IMG/VR virus record: IMGVR_UViG_2765235997_000001
Span: 23,089 to 87,088 of that record
DNA length: 64,000 nucleotides
Strand: one strand, 5' to 3'
Source of the DNA: a virus
Taxonomy: Duplodnaviria > Caudoviricetes
A program made the translations under genes and the position numbers. Positions 27,653-37,249 of this stretch are shown one piece after another. Numbering within the stretch: position 1 is the first letter of the stretch; every line of letters starts with the position of its first letter. The notes under the pieces were generated by a model. The model had not been told where the DNA came from. It was given only the letters and a program-made list of their open reading frames with translations, and did no database searches.

Positions 27653-29550
27653 CAGGAACGAGCCCTTCCGATGCGCTCCCCCTTACCGAACGGACCGAAG
27701 TCCTTCGGGCCGATGAACTCCCGTTCCTCGGCTCGGAACTCGTCGAGCATGACCATCAGGGCGTCCATGCCGGCCTCGGGGCTCTTCTCCTCCACGGGGG
27801 CCGGCGCTTGGCCGAACGACCAGGTCTCGGTAGGCGGGGCGATCTCCTGGTCGGCGTCGATGTCGGGCACGAACCCGTCGTCGTCGGGGTCGTCGCCGAC
27901 CATGGCGTCGATCTCGCGGTCGACCTGCTTTTCCAGCAGCGCTTTCTCGGCCTGTTCGTTCTCGTCGTTCGACATGACGATTGCCTCCTGTCGGGTGCTG
28001 TCACTGCTGGTCGGGGGCGTGTCAGCGTCGTATCGGGTGCGGTTGGCGTAGGCGTCACCGGCTGCGGCGGCGGTGACGGGGTCAATGGGGGTGCGGGGCA
28101 GGATGGATAGGGCCCCGGTGATCTGGTCGTCGTCGATGAGGTAGGTGCGCAGCGGGGTGGCGTAGCGGTCTTCGTCGACGCCGGGGGCGACGAGGTAGGC
28201 GTAGCCGGGTTTGCGGTTCTCCCATGCTTCGGGGCGGGCGCCGGCGTCGCGGACGTCGTCGGGGAGGGCCATGTCGGCGGTGGTGGAGCCCTTGACGCCG
28301 AAGCAGAGGACGCCGCCGAGTTGCTCGCGGACATCGGTCGGCATCGACGTGGCGGAGGGACGTTGGAGGCTGATGATGACGCTGATTCCGGCGGACCGGG
28401 CCTCCATGACGAGGCCTTCCATCTCGGTGCCGTTGCGGAAGAACTTGGCGGCCTCTTCGATCCACACGATCATGTACGGCATGCCGAGCTCGTCGAACGC
28501 GGCCGGGGTCCAGTTCTTGTAGCCGTGCCGGCCAAGGTGGTTGGCGCGGGCGGTAATGACCTGCGACAGGGCGTCGATCATCTCGTTGCCACCTGCCTCG
28601 GTCATCTCGACCCAGTCGAGGTGGGGCAGGAACGGAGCGAACGTCTGCTGCCCCTTGGAGGGGTCGACCGCCCAGACGATGGCATCGGGCTTGGTCAGCA
28701 CTTCGGCCATGGCGACGCTGATGCCGGTGGACTTCGCTGAGCCGTTCATGCCCGCGGCCAGGAAGTGGGTGGCGTTCCTCTTGGTGTGCGAGTCGAAGGG
28801 GAACCAAAGGACGGCCACTTCGCCGTCCTCGTAGATCCCGATGGCGATCGGGTCGGTAATGCTGCCGCCCGGGTTGGACGGGCCGGGCCAGATGGTGCTG
28901 GTTTTCAGTTCGTCCTTGGGGACGACGACGAGGGTGGCGCGGGCGGCGTCGTCGGGGTCGGGGATGACGCGGATGCTGTTCGGGGAGACGCCGAGCTCGC
29001 TGGCAATGTGCTTGATGCGGTTGCCGAGGTCGTCGGAGGTGACCTGCCCGGCGGCCAGTTGCAGGGGCACGGTGACTTTGTTCGGCTCGACCTTCGGCTT
29101 GCCGCGGAGGGCGACCTTGGCTTCGCCGATGGCCTTGACGAGGATCCCGGTCTCGGCGTTGCCGCCAGCCTTCTGGGGGTCGACGTTGACGCGGAGGGCC
29201 TGGCGGATGTTCCACGACCCGGCAGCCACCGACCCGCCGATGATGAGGGTGGAGGCGAGGGCCGGGTCGAACGGCCCGACGGCGGTCCCGACGACGAGGT
29301 ACGAGGTGCCGAGGCCGGTGGACAGGGTGGCGTGGATGCGCCGGCCGGGCTTGGTGCCCTCCCCCGCCCACCAGGTGGCGGCGGTCAGTACCCCTGCGGC
29401 GACGGTGAGGCCGATCGCGGCGGGCACGGAGTCGCCCCAGTAGTGGTGGGCGGCGAAGGTGGCGGGGACCTCGGCGGCGACTGTCAGCCAGGGCCTCATG
29501 CGGGGGTGCTTGATGGCCTTCCACAGGTCGGCCTTCTGGCTGTCAGCCAC
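27547..29550 (-). CDS. traB: TraB FtsK/SpoIIIE-like conjugative DNA translocase
   Basis: N-terminal TM helices, Walker A variant GMNGSAKST, Walker B MIVWIEE, ARSAGIS..LQR, C-terminal wHTH. Confidence 0.92.
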   Translation of the reverse strand: MADSQKADLWKAIKHPRMRPWLTVAAEVPATFAAHHYWGDSVPAAIGLTVAAGVLTAATWWAGEGTKPGRRIHATLSTGLGTSYLVVGTAVGPFDPALASTLIIGGSVAAGSWNIRQALRVNVDPQKAGGNAETGILVKAIGEAKVALRGKPKVEPNKVTVPLQLAAGQVTSDDLGNRIKHIASELGVSPNSIRVIPDPDDAARATLVVVPKDELKTSTIWPGPSNPGGSITDPIAIGIYEDGEVAVLWFPFDSHTKRNATHFLAAGMNGSAKSTGISVAMAEVLTKPDAIVWAVDPSKGQQTFAPFLPHLDWVEMTEAGGNEMIDALSQVITARANHLGRHGYKNWTPAAFDELGMPYMIVWIEEAAKFFRNGTEMEGLVMEARSAGISVIISLQRPSATSMPTDVREQLGGVLCFGVKGSTTADMALPDDVRDAGARPEAWENRKPGYAYLVAPGVDEDRYATPLRTYLIDDDQITGALSILPRTPIDPVTAAAAGDAYANRTRYDADTPPTSSDSTRQEAIVMSNDENEQAEKALLEKQVDREIDAMVGDDPDDDGFVPDIDADQEIAPPTETWSFGQAPAPVEEKSPEAGMDALMVMLDEFRAEEREFIGPKDFGPFGKGERIGRARSWVSGALGDLSDAGIHLSETDQPGVYRLLYPVPVEV

Positions 29551-29589
29551 GGGGTGTTCTCCTGGTTCGAGGTTGGTCGGGGATGTTGG

Positions 29590-30171
29590 TTAGCGCCAGC
29601 CGAACTTGGTGGGGCGCGGCTGCTGGGTGCGGCCCTTGCCGACCTTCCGCAGGTCGGACTCGTACTCACGCTCGAACGTGCCGTAGATCATGGCGGAGTA
29701 CTTCTGGATGTTCTTCTCGGCGGCGGCAACCTTCTTCAGCCACCGGGACACCCGGCGGGCGCGGGCGCGGGCTCCGTGGAGGCTGCCTCCTCCGTCGGGG
29801 ATGGTGCGGAGGACCGCTTCGAGGTGGTCGGCGTCCATGGCCCGCTCGGTGGCACGGTTCCGGGACTCCTTGCGGAGGTACTCGCAGAAGGCCCGGATGT
29901 CTTCGTTCGACATGAAGTCGGAACCGGGGATCTTTCCGCCGGTGCCGGGGCCGGCGCCCCCGCCGGGGGCTGTGCTACCGCCGGCCTTTCCGTTCACGAC
30001 GGTCTTGTTCACGGCGAGTCCGATGGACGGGTTGAAGCCGCCGCCGGTGCGGGTCTTCGAGTTGTCCACGCTGGTCGGCCGGGTGCCGTTGGTGGGTGCG
30101 GTACGAGGGCGGTGCGAGGTGGAGGGCTGGGGCCCTGCCCAGGTCCAGCCCTGGTCGGCGGGACTGCTCAT
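29590..30171 (-). CDS. traA: TraA-like plasmid transfer protein
   Basis: Directly upstream of traB; DFMSNEDIRAFCE...RARARRVSR...FEREY pattern. Confidence 0.7.
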   Translation of the reverse strand: MSSPADQGWTWAGPQPSTSHRPRTAPTNGTRPTSVDNSKTRTGGGFNPSIGLAVNKTVVNGKAGGSTAPGGGAGPGTGGKIPGSDFMSNEDIRAFCEYLRKESRNRATERAMDADHLEAVLRTIPDGGGSLHGARARARRVSRWLKKVAAAEKNIQKYSAMIYGTFEREYESDLRKVGKGRTQQPRPTKFGWR

Positions 30172-30222
30172 CTCAGTTCTCCTCGGGGTTGATTCGGGTG
30201 GTTGCAGAGCAGCGAGCGGTGC

Positions 30223-31614
30223 TCACTTCTGCTCCTCCGTGGAGGCGTTCTTAGCGGCGATAGCGGCCTGCTTGCGCGCGGCCGAAACGAAGGCGGGAGA
30301 GTCCCCCGCCCGGCGGGTTCCACGGACCCTCGGACCGGTCTTGCTGCCCCTGCCAGCACCAGGGGGCAGATGTGGAACACGCTGCGCGTTCGTGGTCTTG
30401 CTGAGGGTGCTGACGGGCTTGTTGAGGCGGGCCGCTTCCACCTTCGCCGCAGCCGTGTTCCGCATGCGGAGAATCTCGTCGGACTCCCCCGGCATGGCGC
30501 CGTCGACGTCGAGCTTGGCCTGCTTCCAAATGGCGGGAGTGATGGCCGTCTCACCGAGGTCCGCGGCGAGCTTCAGGGCGTGCGCGTGGACCCGGGGGAA
30601 CATCTGCTTGCGGTCGGCGTCCAGCTTGTTGGCGGCATCGCGTGCAGCGTTCTCCAGGTGGGCCTGCCGCTCGGCTTCGAACAGCTCCGCCGCGACCTTC
30701 TCTTCGGCCGCTCGCTTCGCCGCCTTCTTCGCCGCACGCCGCTCCCGCCGGGTGAGCACCCCGTCCCGCCGCCGGATCCGCCCGTGCTCGTGGAGGTCCC
30801 ACACCCCCGGGCCGGCGAGCGACGCGAACGCCGTACCGAAAGCGGTCGCCGGGTCGAACGCATCCAACCCGTGCTTCAAGTTGATCCCGGCGGCAATGAA
30901 CGCGAACACCCAGGCGACAGTGCGGTAGTGCCAGTGCGGCCGGTTCGCAGCAACAGCTGCCGCGGCACCCTTGGTCACGACAAGCGCGGCACCTTCGAGC
31001 ATCAGCGGGGCGATGACGAGCCAAGGCGCATCACGGTCCCAGAACGCGGCAATCTGCACGGGAAGGGCGACGATCGCGCAGACGGCGTAGAACGCGATGG
31101 CGTACTTCCGCCACGTCTTACTGGCCTTGGCGACGTCAGCTTCGGCGGCTGCCGCGGTCTGCTGCTGCTCCTGGTGGGCGCGCTCGTCGGCCTGCTGGCC
31201 CCGCTCGGCTGCTGCCCGCTTCCGCTCGGACTCGGCGATGCGGGCGTCCCGGGCCTTCTGCTCCTCGACGGCTCGGGCTTCGGCCTTGTCGTTGGCGAGC
31301 TTCAGCTTCCGGGCTTCCTCGGCCGCCTTCATCTCGGCAGCCTTGGCCTCACCCTCGGCCTTGAGGCGCAGGGCTTCGGCCTCAGCCTCTGCTCGGGCGC
31401 GCTGTTCTTCGGCGTCGGCGTAGGCCTTGGTGCGGATCGCGTCCGCTTCGGCCTGGGCGACGAGGTCGACGGCGGGGGTGGCCGGCTCGGGCTGTGCTTC
31501 GGGGGCGGTGGTGGCGACCGGCTCCTCGGCGGGCGCCGCGAGGAGCGTCTGCCACTCCGTGATCACGGGGATGCGGCGGCGGTGGCCGTTCACCTGGGGC
31601 GGGCTGGTCGTCAC
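30223..31614 (-). CDS. SpdB2-like / DUF2637 coiled-coil membrane protein
   Basis: Long Ala/Glu/Lys coiled coil, about four TM helices, basic tail. Confidence 0.7.
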   Translation of the reverse strand: MTTSPPQVNGHRRRIPVITEWQTLLAAPAEEPVATTAPEAQPEPATPAVDLVAQAEADAIRTKAYADAEEQRARAEAEAEALRLKAEGEAKAAEMKAAEEARKLKLANDKAEARAVEEQKARDARIAESERKRAAAERGQQADERAHQEQQQTAAAAEADVAKASKTWRKYAIAFYAVCAIVALPVQIAAFWDRDAPWLVIAPLMLEGAALVVTKGAAAAVAANRPHWHYRTVAWVFAFIAAGINLKHGLDAFDPATAFGTAFASLAGPGVWDLHEHGRIRRRDGVLTRRERRAAKKAAKRAAEEKVAAELFEAERQAHLENAARDAANKLDADRKQMFPRVHAHALKLAADLGETAITPAIWKQAKLDVDGAMPGESDEILRMRNTAAAKVEAARLNKPVSTLSKTTNAQRVPHLPPGAGRGSKTGPRVRGTRRAGDSPAFVSAARKQAAIAAKNASTEEQK

Positions 31615-31645
31615 GGCGAGTGGGTCCTTTCTCGTGGGGTGTTGG

Positions 31646-31825
31646 TCAGTTGCAGTTCGGGCAGTCGGGCTTGCCGCAGACCTCGATCTGGCCGAGCCCC
31701 AGGGCGGACGTGACCCGGTTGGCGACCTTTCCGCCCCGCTCCCCCGCGACCTTCTGGCCGACGGCGTGGATGGCGCGGGTGGCGGTCTCGGCGGTGCTGA
31801 CGCCGCTGTTCTCGCGTCGGGGCAT
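31646..31825 (-). CDS. Small protein with C-terminal CxxxxCxxC
   Basis: AAGGAG RBS; 59 aa. Confidence 0.6.
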   Translation of the reverse strand: MPRRENSGVSTAETATRAIHAVGQKVAGERGGKVANRVTSALGLGQIEVCGKPDCPNCN

Positions 31826-31836
31826 AGAGCTCTCCT

Positions 31837-32217
31837 TCATCGGTTGACAACGGGTCGGTGCATGTCGCGGTGCTGGAGGGTGACGGTGTACCCGTTGGCG
31901 ACGAGCCGGTCGGCGAGGGCCTGGGCGAAGACAGGGGCCCTGTGCCGGCCTCCCGCGCACCCGTCCGCGACAGTCACGGGGCCGGAGCTGGGGCCTGTAG
32001 CGAACGCGTTGACCGCGTCCGCCACAGCCACGACGAGGCTGGTGATGCCCGGAGTGCCCAGCACCGCCTGCCGCACCGGGTCATCGGCGGCCGTCATGTA
32101 CCGGAGCTCCGAGGACACGTGCGGGTCACGGAAGTGGTGGCGCAGGTCAAGGGTGATGTGCGCGGGCGGCGGCTCACCGTGCAGGTAGCCGAACGAGACG
32201 ATCTTGACGTCAGTCAT
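31837..32217 (-). CDS. Stand-alone RapZ C-terminal-like domain
   Basis: IVSFGY, DLRHHFRDP, GCAGGRHRA, HRD motifs. Confidence 0.82.
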   Translation of the reverse strand: MTDVKIVSFGYLHGEPPPAHITLDLRHHFRDPHVSSELRYMTAADDPVRQAVLGTPGITSLVVAVADAVNAFATGPSSGPVTVADGCAGGRHRAPVFAQALADRLVANGYTVTLQHRDMHRPVVNR

Positions 32218-32432
32218 GCGGAGCCGCCGGTGAGAGCCGCAGCAGCCTTGGCGACCTCGGCGTAGACGGCGGCAAGCCCGCCATAGACGGCAATGCGGGC
32301 ATGGTTGAACTCGTCGGTGCCGCGGTCGCTGGTGGCGTACCGGTCGGCCCGGTCGGCGTACTTCACGGCCTTCGCCAGGGCGTGGGCGCCGATCTCCTGC
32401 GGGGTCATGGCGGTCTCGGTCTGCGTGGTCAT
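32214..32432 (-). CDS. Hypothetical protein (72 aa)
   Basis: AAGGAG RBS; ATGA coupling. Confidence 0.6.
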   Translation of the reverse strand: MTTQTETAMTPQEIGAHALAKAVKYADRADRYATSDRGTDEFNHARIAVYGGLAAVYAEVAKAAAALTGGSA

Positions 32433-32449
32433 GACGGGGTCTCCTTGGG

Positions 32450-32842
32450 TCAGGTGGCGAGTGCGAGTGCGGCAATGCAGATGGCGGTGATGTGGCCGGC
32501 CTGGTCGACGTGGGCTGCCCCGCCGTTCTGCGCCCACCCGGTCTGCCGGGCGAACCGCATCCACCGGGCGACAGGCCACCGGCGGTCGATGAAGGCGTGA
32601 GAGCCGGTGATCCACAGCAGGGCTGCGGCGGCGGGGAGGAAGTCCAGGTCCAAGCCGAGGGCGATCCGCCCGGCGGCCAGGGCCAGCCCGGAAACCGCCA
32701 GATGCACCCCGGCGTGGGCCAGGTTTGCCCGCCACCCCGCCGCCCCGCAGTCGGCCTTGTGCTTGGCCTGGCGATCCGTCTGTCCCGGGTAGTCCGCGAG
32801 CAGATGGGCGACGTACAGCAGGATGAACAGGGTGGCGAACAC
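32450..32842 (-). CDS. DUF3307-like membrane protein
   Basis: AHLLADYPGQT, SHAFIDRR, VDQAGH. Confidence 0.8.
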   Translation of the reverse strand: MFATLFILLYVAHLLADYPGQTDRQAKHKADCGAAGWRANLAHAGVHLAVSGLALAAGRIALGLDLDFLPAAAALLWITGSHAFIDRRWPVARWMRFARQTGWAQNGGAAHVDQAGHITAICIAALALAT

Positions 32843-32851
32843 GGGGTGCCC

Positions 32852-33337
32852 CTACTGCCCGGTGATCAGGTTGAGTGCGGCGGTGACGGTGCCGGGGAGG
32901 GTGGTGCAGACAGGCACGTTGTGGCGGCGGGCCACGTAGGCCAGGTAGCGGTTCCGCTCCGGGTTGGGGCAGTCGTCGGGAATCCCGAGGACCGCCCGGC
33001 CGCTGGTGGCGTCCAACCCGAACTCGACGTTGGTCGTCATGCCGGGCATCGTCTTCAGGTCCCGGGGGATCCAGAAGAGGATCGCGGTGGCAGCGGCGCG
33101 GGCGTCGGTCTCCCAGTCGACCTGCGTCTCGTACCGGTCGGCCCGCACCCCGTTGCGGGACTCGGGGCTCAGTACAGTCAAGGTCTGCGGGCCGGCCCAC
33201 TGCTCGGTCAGGATCTTGAGGGCGGTGGGCCGCCACGACGGAACCGGGTTGCTCTTGTCCGGAGTCGGCCCCGCCAAGAACACCGACGGGCCGACGGGAA
33301 GGGGCTCGCGGGCCATGACCAGCTTGACGATGCTCAT
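32852..33337 (-). CDS. Nucleoside 2-deoxyribosyltransferase-like protein
   Basis: VFLAGP..W, QVDWE, ILFWIPR, TNVEFG. Confidence 0.8.
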   Translation of the reverse strand: MSIVKLVMAREPLPVGPSVFLAGPTPDKSNPVPSWRPTALKILTEQWAGPQTLTVLSPESRNGVRADRYETQVDWETDARAAATAILFWIPRDLKTMPGMTTNVEFGLDATSGRAVLGIPDDCPNPERNRYLAYVARRHNVPVCTTLPGTVTAALNLITGQ

Positions 33338-33702
33338 GCCCCTGCCCCCTTCGCAGCGGCGCGGGCCTCGTGCTGCGGGGTCCACGGCAAGGGCAGGTCG
33401 TCGCCGTCCCGCCGGGGGACGATGTGAACGTGCAGGTGGAACACGGACTGCGTCGCCTCGACGCCCTTGCTGGTGATGAGGTTCGCGGCCGGCAGCTCGG
33501 CCATCAGCTCGGCTGCCCGCCCCATCACCGCCCTGGTGACCTCAATGTCGACACCGGCGTCCTCAACATGGACACGCGGCAGAACGAGCACATGGCCTCC
33601 GTTTACCCCGCCGCGAGGGCGGATCGCGAGCGCATCGGGCCACTCGCGGACAATCGTGGCCGGGGCGTCGCCGGCGGCAATGGCGCAGAAGACACAGGAC
33701 AT
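33334..33702 (-). CDS. HIT-family nucleotide hydrolase
   Basis: CVFC, GHVLVLPR, QSVFHLHVHIVPR. Confidence 0.92.
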   Translation of the reverse strand: MSCVFCAIAAGDAPATIVREWPDALAIRPRGGVNGGHVLVLPRVHVEDAGVDIEVTRAVMGRAAELMAELPAANLITSKGVEATQSVFHLHVHIVPRRDGDDLPLPWTPQHEARAAAKGAGA

Positions 33703-33741
33703 GCGGGGCTCCTAGAGCAGGTGATGGGGCGGGCTGCCAGG

Positions 33742-33954
33742 TCAGGCGTGGTTGGGCTTCCAGGTTCCGTTGTCCAGCTGGTTCAGCTCGTCGAGGTTCT
33801 CGTCGGCGGCCCGCCGCATGGACTCGGCGAGGCCGTGCTGGCCGTTCGCGGCGGCGTCACGCTGCGCCTGCCGGCTGTTCTGGATGTCGGCGGTGATGTC
33901 GGCGCGGGTCTGCTCGGCGGACTGGCTCTTGAAGAAGTGACGGGCGCTGGCCAT
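33742..33954 (-). CDS. Hypothetical protein (70 aa)
   Basis: AAGGAG RBS. Confidence 0.65.
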   Translation of the reverse strand: MASARHFFKSQSAEQTRADITADIQNSRQAQRDAAANGQHGLAESMRRAADENLDELNQLDNGTWKPNHA

Positions 33955-34049
33955 GGGGTTCTCCTTGGGTTGGTGTCGGGTCCGGGTGACTCCCGGGCCA
34001 CTCCGCCGCCACCAACCCGGGGTTGGGGACGACAGGGCAGGCCGGAGGG

Positions 34050-34352
34050 TCAGGCCGCAGCCAAGGTGGACAGGCCGTCCAGCTCATCGAGCTCGTCCAG
34101 CAGGCGGGGCCCGAACGGCTGCCCGGCGTCGTGCTCAGCCGCCAGACCACGCAGCCAGTGCCGGGTGCTGTGGTCACCACGGGCCGCGACGTACCGGGTG
34201 ACGATCTCCCCCGGCGACAGGCCCTCCGCCTCCTCCCACGTCACCTGGACGTCGGAGGTGAGGAGCGCGGCCCGCAGGTTGTGGATCTCGGCGGACACGG
34301 TGGCGAGGTCGCCGGAGAACAGGTCGGTGACGGTCGAGACGTAAGGAGACAT
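34050..34352 (-). CDS. Hypothetical protein (100 aa)
   Basis: Tiles operon. Confidence 0.6.
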   Translation of the reverse strand: MSPYVSTVTDLFSGDLATVSAEIHNLRAALLTSDVQVTWEEAEGLSPGEIVTRYVAARGDHSTRHWLRGLAAEHDAGQPFGPRLLDELDELDGLSTLAAA

Positions 34353-34458
34353 GGGGGTGCCTATCTGTGAGGTGATGGGGTGAAGAAGAGGTGAGGTGGA
34401 GAGCCGCGCCCGGCCGGCCGAGGGATGTCGCCGACGGGGCGCGGCGGACTGTGGGGTG

Positions 34459-34593
34459 CTACCGGCGGCGGGCTTCCTGCCGGGCCATCGCGGCCCGAAC
34501 ATCAGCACCAGCCTGATAATCGCGGCGGCAAGCATCCGGGGTAGCGGGCTCCGCGACGATCGTGTTCTCGCGCGGCTGCTCGGCCGTAGCCAT
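34459..34593 (-). CDS. Small peptide (44 aa)
   Basis: TGATG-coupled; MATAEQPRENTIVAEPATPDACRRDY. Confidence 0.5.
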   Translation of the reverse strand: MATAEQPRENTIVAEPATPDACRRDYQAGADVRAAMARQEARRR

Positions 34594-34760
34594 CAGAGAC
34601 GCCGCTGGGCGATCAGCCGGCGACGGGCCGGGGTGTCGGCGGGGAGGGTGACCGACTCCTGGGAGACCACGGCCGGGCGGCGGCGGTACGACGCTTTCTC
34701 GTGGGCCTCCCGGTCCGCCTCCGACATCGGGGCAGCCGGCGGAGTGATCGGCGGGGTCAT
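34593..34760 (-). CDS. Small peptide (55 aa)
   Basis: ATGA-coupled with GAGG RBS. Confidence 0.5.
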   Translation of the reverse strand: MTPPITPPAAPMSEADREAHEKASYRRRPAVVSQESVTLPADTPARRRLIAQRRL

Positions 34761-34972
34761 GCCGCCACCTCGCTCGGGGAGGTCGGGTTGCTCAGGCGGT
34801 CCGTCACGGCCGACTCGGGGATCCGAATCGAACCGCCGCCGCCCTCGATGGCGACTCCGGGCTCTATCGGCTTCCCGTACCTGACGGCGGGAAGGTGGCC
34901 GTCGGCAATCCACCGGTAGACGGTCGCGGGATGAACTCTCAGGCGGTCGGCGACCTCCTTCACACGCAGCAT
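34757..34972 (-). CDS. Excisionase-like HTH (HTH_17) protein heading the transfer operon
   Basis: LRVKEVADRLRVHPATVYRWIADGHLPA. Confidence 0.85.
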   Translation of the reverse strand: MLRVKEVADRLRVHPATVYRWIADGHLPAVRYGKPIEPGVAIEGGGGSIRIPESAVTDRLSNPTSPSEVAA

Positions 34973-35134
34973 CAGGTGCTCCCATCGTTGGCTTGATGCG
35001 ATGTCGCAACCATACAGCTTTATAGCTTAAGGCGGCAAGGTTGCGGGTCCGTGCGTGTCCAATGCGGCACCCGCCGCTCTATGCATCAAGGCTTTAAGGT
35101 GGAGGTCAGAGGCTTGCCAGCAAGGAAGGGACCA

Positions 35135-35665
35135 ATGAAAAAAAACTGGAGCAGCACCTCACTGCCCTACGTGCTGCCCAAGTCAGCCGGCCAGGCAGAC
35201 ACGTGGTCGGACGACACCTCAGGGCAGCAGACATCGCAGCACCTAATAGAGGTTGCCGAGGTCGCCCCACCAGCGCGGATCGCTAGCGCCCTCAGCCTTC
35301 AGCAGGGCGAGCGAGCCGTGGTCCGGAGGCGCCTCATGAAGCGAGGCAACCGCCCGGTCGAACTCACGGACTCGTATTACCCGCTCGCCATCGCCGCCGG
35401 AACGGCCCTTGCCGACAAGCGGAAGATCAAAGGCGGGGCGCCAACGCTGCTCGCGGAACTCGGGTACCGACCTCGACACGTAGTCGAAGAGGTTGAGAGC
35501 AGGGAGCCGAGCGCCAGCGAAATCTCATCCTTGCAACTGGAGCCTGGCGAGCCCGTCCTCATCCTGTGCCGTCTCACAACATCCCAGGACGGCAACCCCA
35601 TGGAGGCGAGCCTCATGACCATGCGACGAGGAGCCATCCTCCGGTACGAAATCGAGGTGGCCTGA
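35135..35665 (+). CDS. UTRA-domain-only protein (GntR effector domain without HTH)
   Basis: VVRRRL...PVELTDSYYP...KIKGGAPTLLAELGY, paralogous to the next gene's C-terminal domain. Confidence 0.8.
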   Translation: MKKNWSSTSLPYVLPKSAGQADTWSDDTSGQQTSQHLIEVAEVAPPARIASALSLQQGERAVVRRRLMKRGNRPVELTDSYYPLAIAAGTALADKRKIKGGAPTLLAELGYRPRHVVEEVESREPSASEISSLQLEPGEPVLILCRLTTSQDGNPMEASLMTMRRGAILRYEIEVA

Positions 35666-35666
35666 C

Positions 35667-36428
35667 ATGGCCGAACGCAAGGACACGAGGCCGGTCGGCG
35701 AGCGAGTCGCCGCGAACATCCGAGCCCTTGTCATGTCTGGCGAATGGGAGCCAGGCTTCAAGATCCCCAGCACCGACGAGCTGAGGACTGAACACAAGAC
35801 CTCCAACGTAACCATCCAGCGAGCCCTGGGGCTCCTCAAGACGGAAGGCCTGCTGGAGGGCAAACCCGGCAAGGGCGTCTTCGTGCGGGAAGTCGCTCCT
35901 CAGGCCATCGCCCCAGCCTCGTTCATGGCGCCTTCGGAGTCGGGCCAGCCATATCGCTGGATCTCGGAGGCGGCGAAGCACGGACGGCGGGCCAGTAACC
36001 GAATCCTCGATGTGACGGAGACTGTTCCACCAAGGCGAGTGCGCGAAATCCTCGGACTACCTGCGGGGGGCTTGGCCGTGCTGCGATCCCGCGTCGGTCT
36101 CCTTGACGACGAGCCTGCGGAACTGGTCGATTCCTACTACCCCATCGAGCTGGCCCGCGGCACGCGCCTGGCAGACCGGCGCAAAATCCCCGGCGGCTCC
36201 CCCACCCTTCTCGCGGAGATGGGGTATCCACCGAGGGAGCAGGAAGACGAGGTGGCCGCCCGGCCGGCAACCAGCCGAGAGTTCATCCACTTGGAGCTCC
36301 CTGCCGACATCGCCGTCATCGAGGTGTTCCGCGTGGTCTACAGCGACGACCGAAGGCCGATCGAGGTCACAACCCTCGCGAAGCCGTCGCACCTCTTCAA
36401 GATGGGCTACCACCTGCCCGTCCAGTGA
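35667..36428 (+). CDS. GntR/HutC-family repressor (KorSA/TraR-like)
   Basis: GntR wHTH (PGFKIPS..EL...TIQRAL..L..EG...GKGVFV) plus UTRA; divergent from transfer operon. Confidence 0.9.
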   Translation: MAERKDTRPVGERVAANIRALVMSGEWEPGFKIPSTDELRTEHKTSNVTIQRALGLLKTEGLLEGKPGKGVFVREVAPQAIAPASFMAPSESGQPYRWISEAAKHGRRASNRILDVTETVPPRRVREILGLPAGGLAVLRSRVGLLDDEPAELVDSYYPIELARGTRLADRRKIPGGSPTLLAEMGYPPREQEDEVAARPATSREFIHLELPADIAVIEVFRVVYSDDRRPIEVTTLAKPSHLFKMGYHLPVQ

Positions 36429-36434
36429 GTCCCA

Positions 36435-36469
36435 CCAAGCCCTCCGGCGCGGATTCCGGAGGGCTTTGG
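36435..36469 (+). terminator. Terminator-like hairpin
   Basis: AAGCCCTCCGG-N8-CCGGAGGGCTT after GntR stop. Confidence 0.7.
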
Positions 36470-36576
36470 CGTGCGCCGACACAGCGACACCTTGATACAG
36501 ATGCGAATAAGGTCTACCGTCAGTGCAAGACCCCTCTACGGAGCGATGCCGGGCATCCGTATGTCGAGAGGACAAC

Positions 36577-37110
36577 ATGACGGACGAGACCACCAGCGAG
36601 CGCACCGCGCTCTACCGCCTGTTCGACGCCGACCAGCAGTTGCTCTACGTCGGGATCACGAAAGACCCAAAGAAGCGTTGGCGCACTCACGCGCAGTGGG
36701 CACGCTCCAGTTGGTGGCCTTCCGTCACCCGGAAGGTCGTCGAGTGGTTCCCGGACCGCGAGGCGGCAGACCTTGCGGAAACCGCAGCCATCAACTCGGA
36801 GAAGCCCCTGCATAACCTGGCCAAACGCGAGAGGCCGGGCGGGCCAGCCCCCTACTTCTGCCCGGAGATCGACTGGGGGTGGCAGGAGAAGCGGAGCATC
36901 ACCGAACAGGTAGCCGACATCCTGCGGCGAGAGATCCAGGAAGGGCGTTACGCCGTCGGTGACCCGATGCCTACGCGCCTTGATCTGAAGGAGCGTTTTG
37001 GCATGGCGCCCGCCACTGCGCAGAAGTCCCTCAGCATCCTCGCCAAGGAAGGGCTGACCCACCAGCCCGGCCCGAAGCGGCGCTTCATCTGCGGCCCTCC
37101 GTCCTCCTGA
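36577..37110 (+). CDS. GIY-YIG nuclease domain fused to a GntR-type wHTH
   Basis: ALYRLF...LLYVGIT...RW...E..AI..E.P.HN, then VADILRREIQEGRY..GDPMPT..L..RFG.A..T. Confidence 0.8.
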   Translation: MTDETTSERTALYRLFDADQQLLYVGITKDPKKRWRTHAQWARSSWWPSVTRKVVEWFPDREAADLAETAAINSEKPLHNLAKRERPGGPAPYFCPEIDWGWQEKRSITEQVADILRREIQEGRYAVGDPMPTRLDLKERFGMAPATAQKSLSILAKEGLTHQPGPKRRFICGPPSS

Positions 37111-37249
37111 AGGCCCTGACAGCAGCCAGCGGCGACCGCCATTGGATCGGCTGCGGGCATGAAAAAGCCGGGCGCTGTAACGCCCGGCCTGTTTCACCAG
37201 CGGTACCACCCGCTGGTCAGTGAGTTCCACTCTCATCAAGGAGTCCTCG

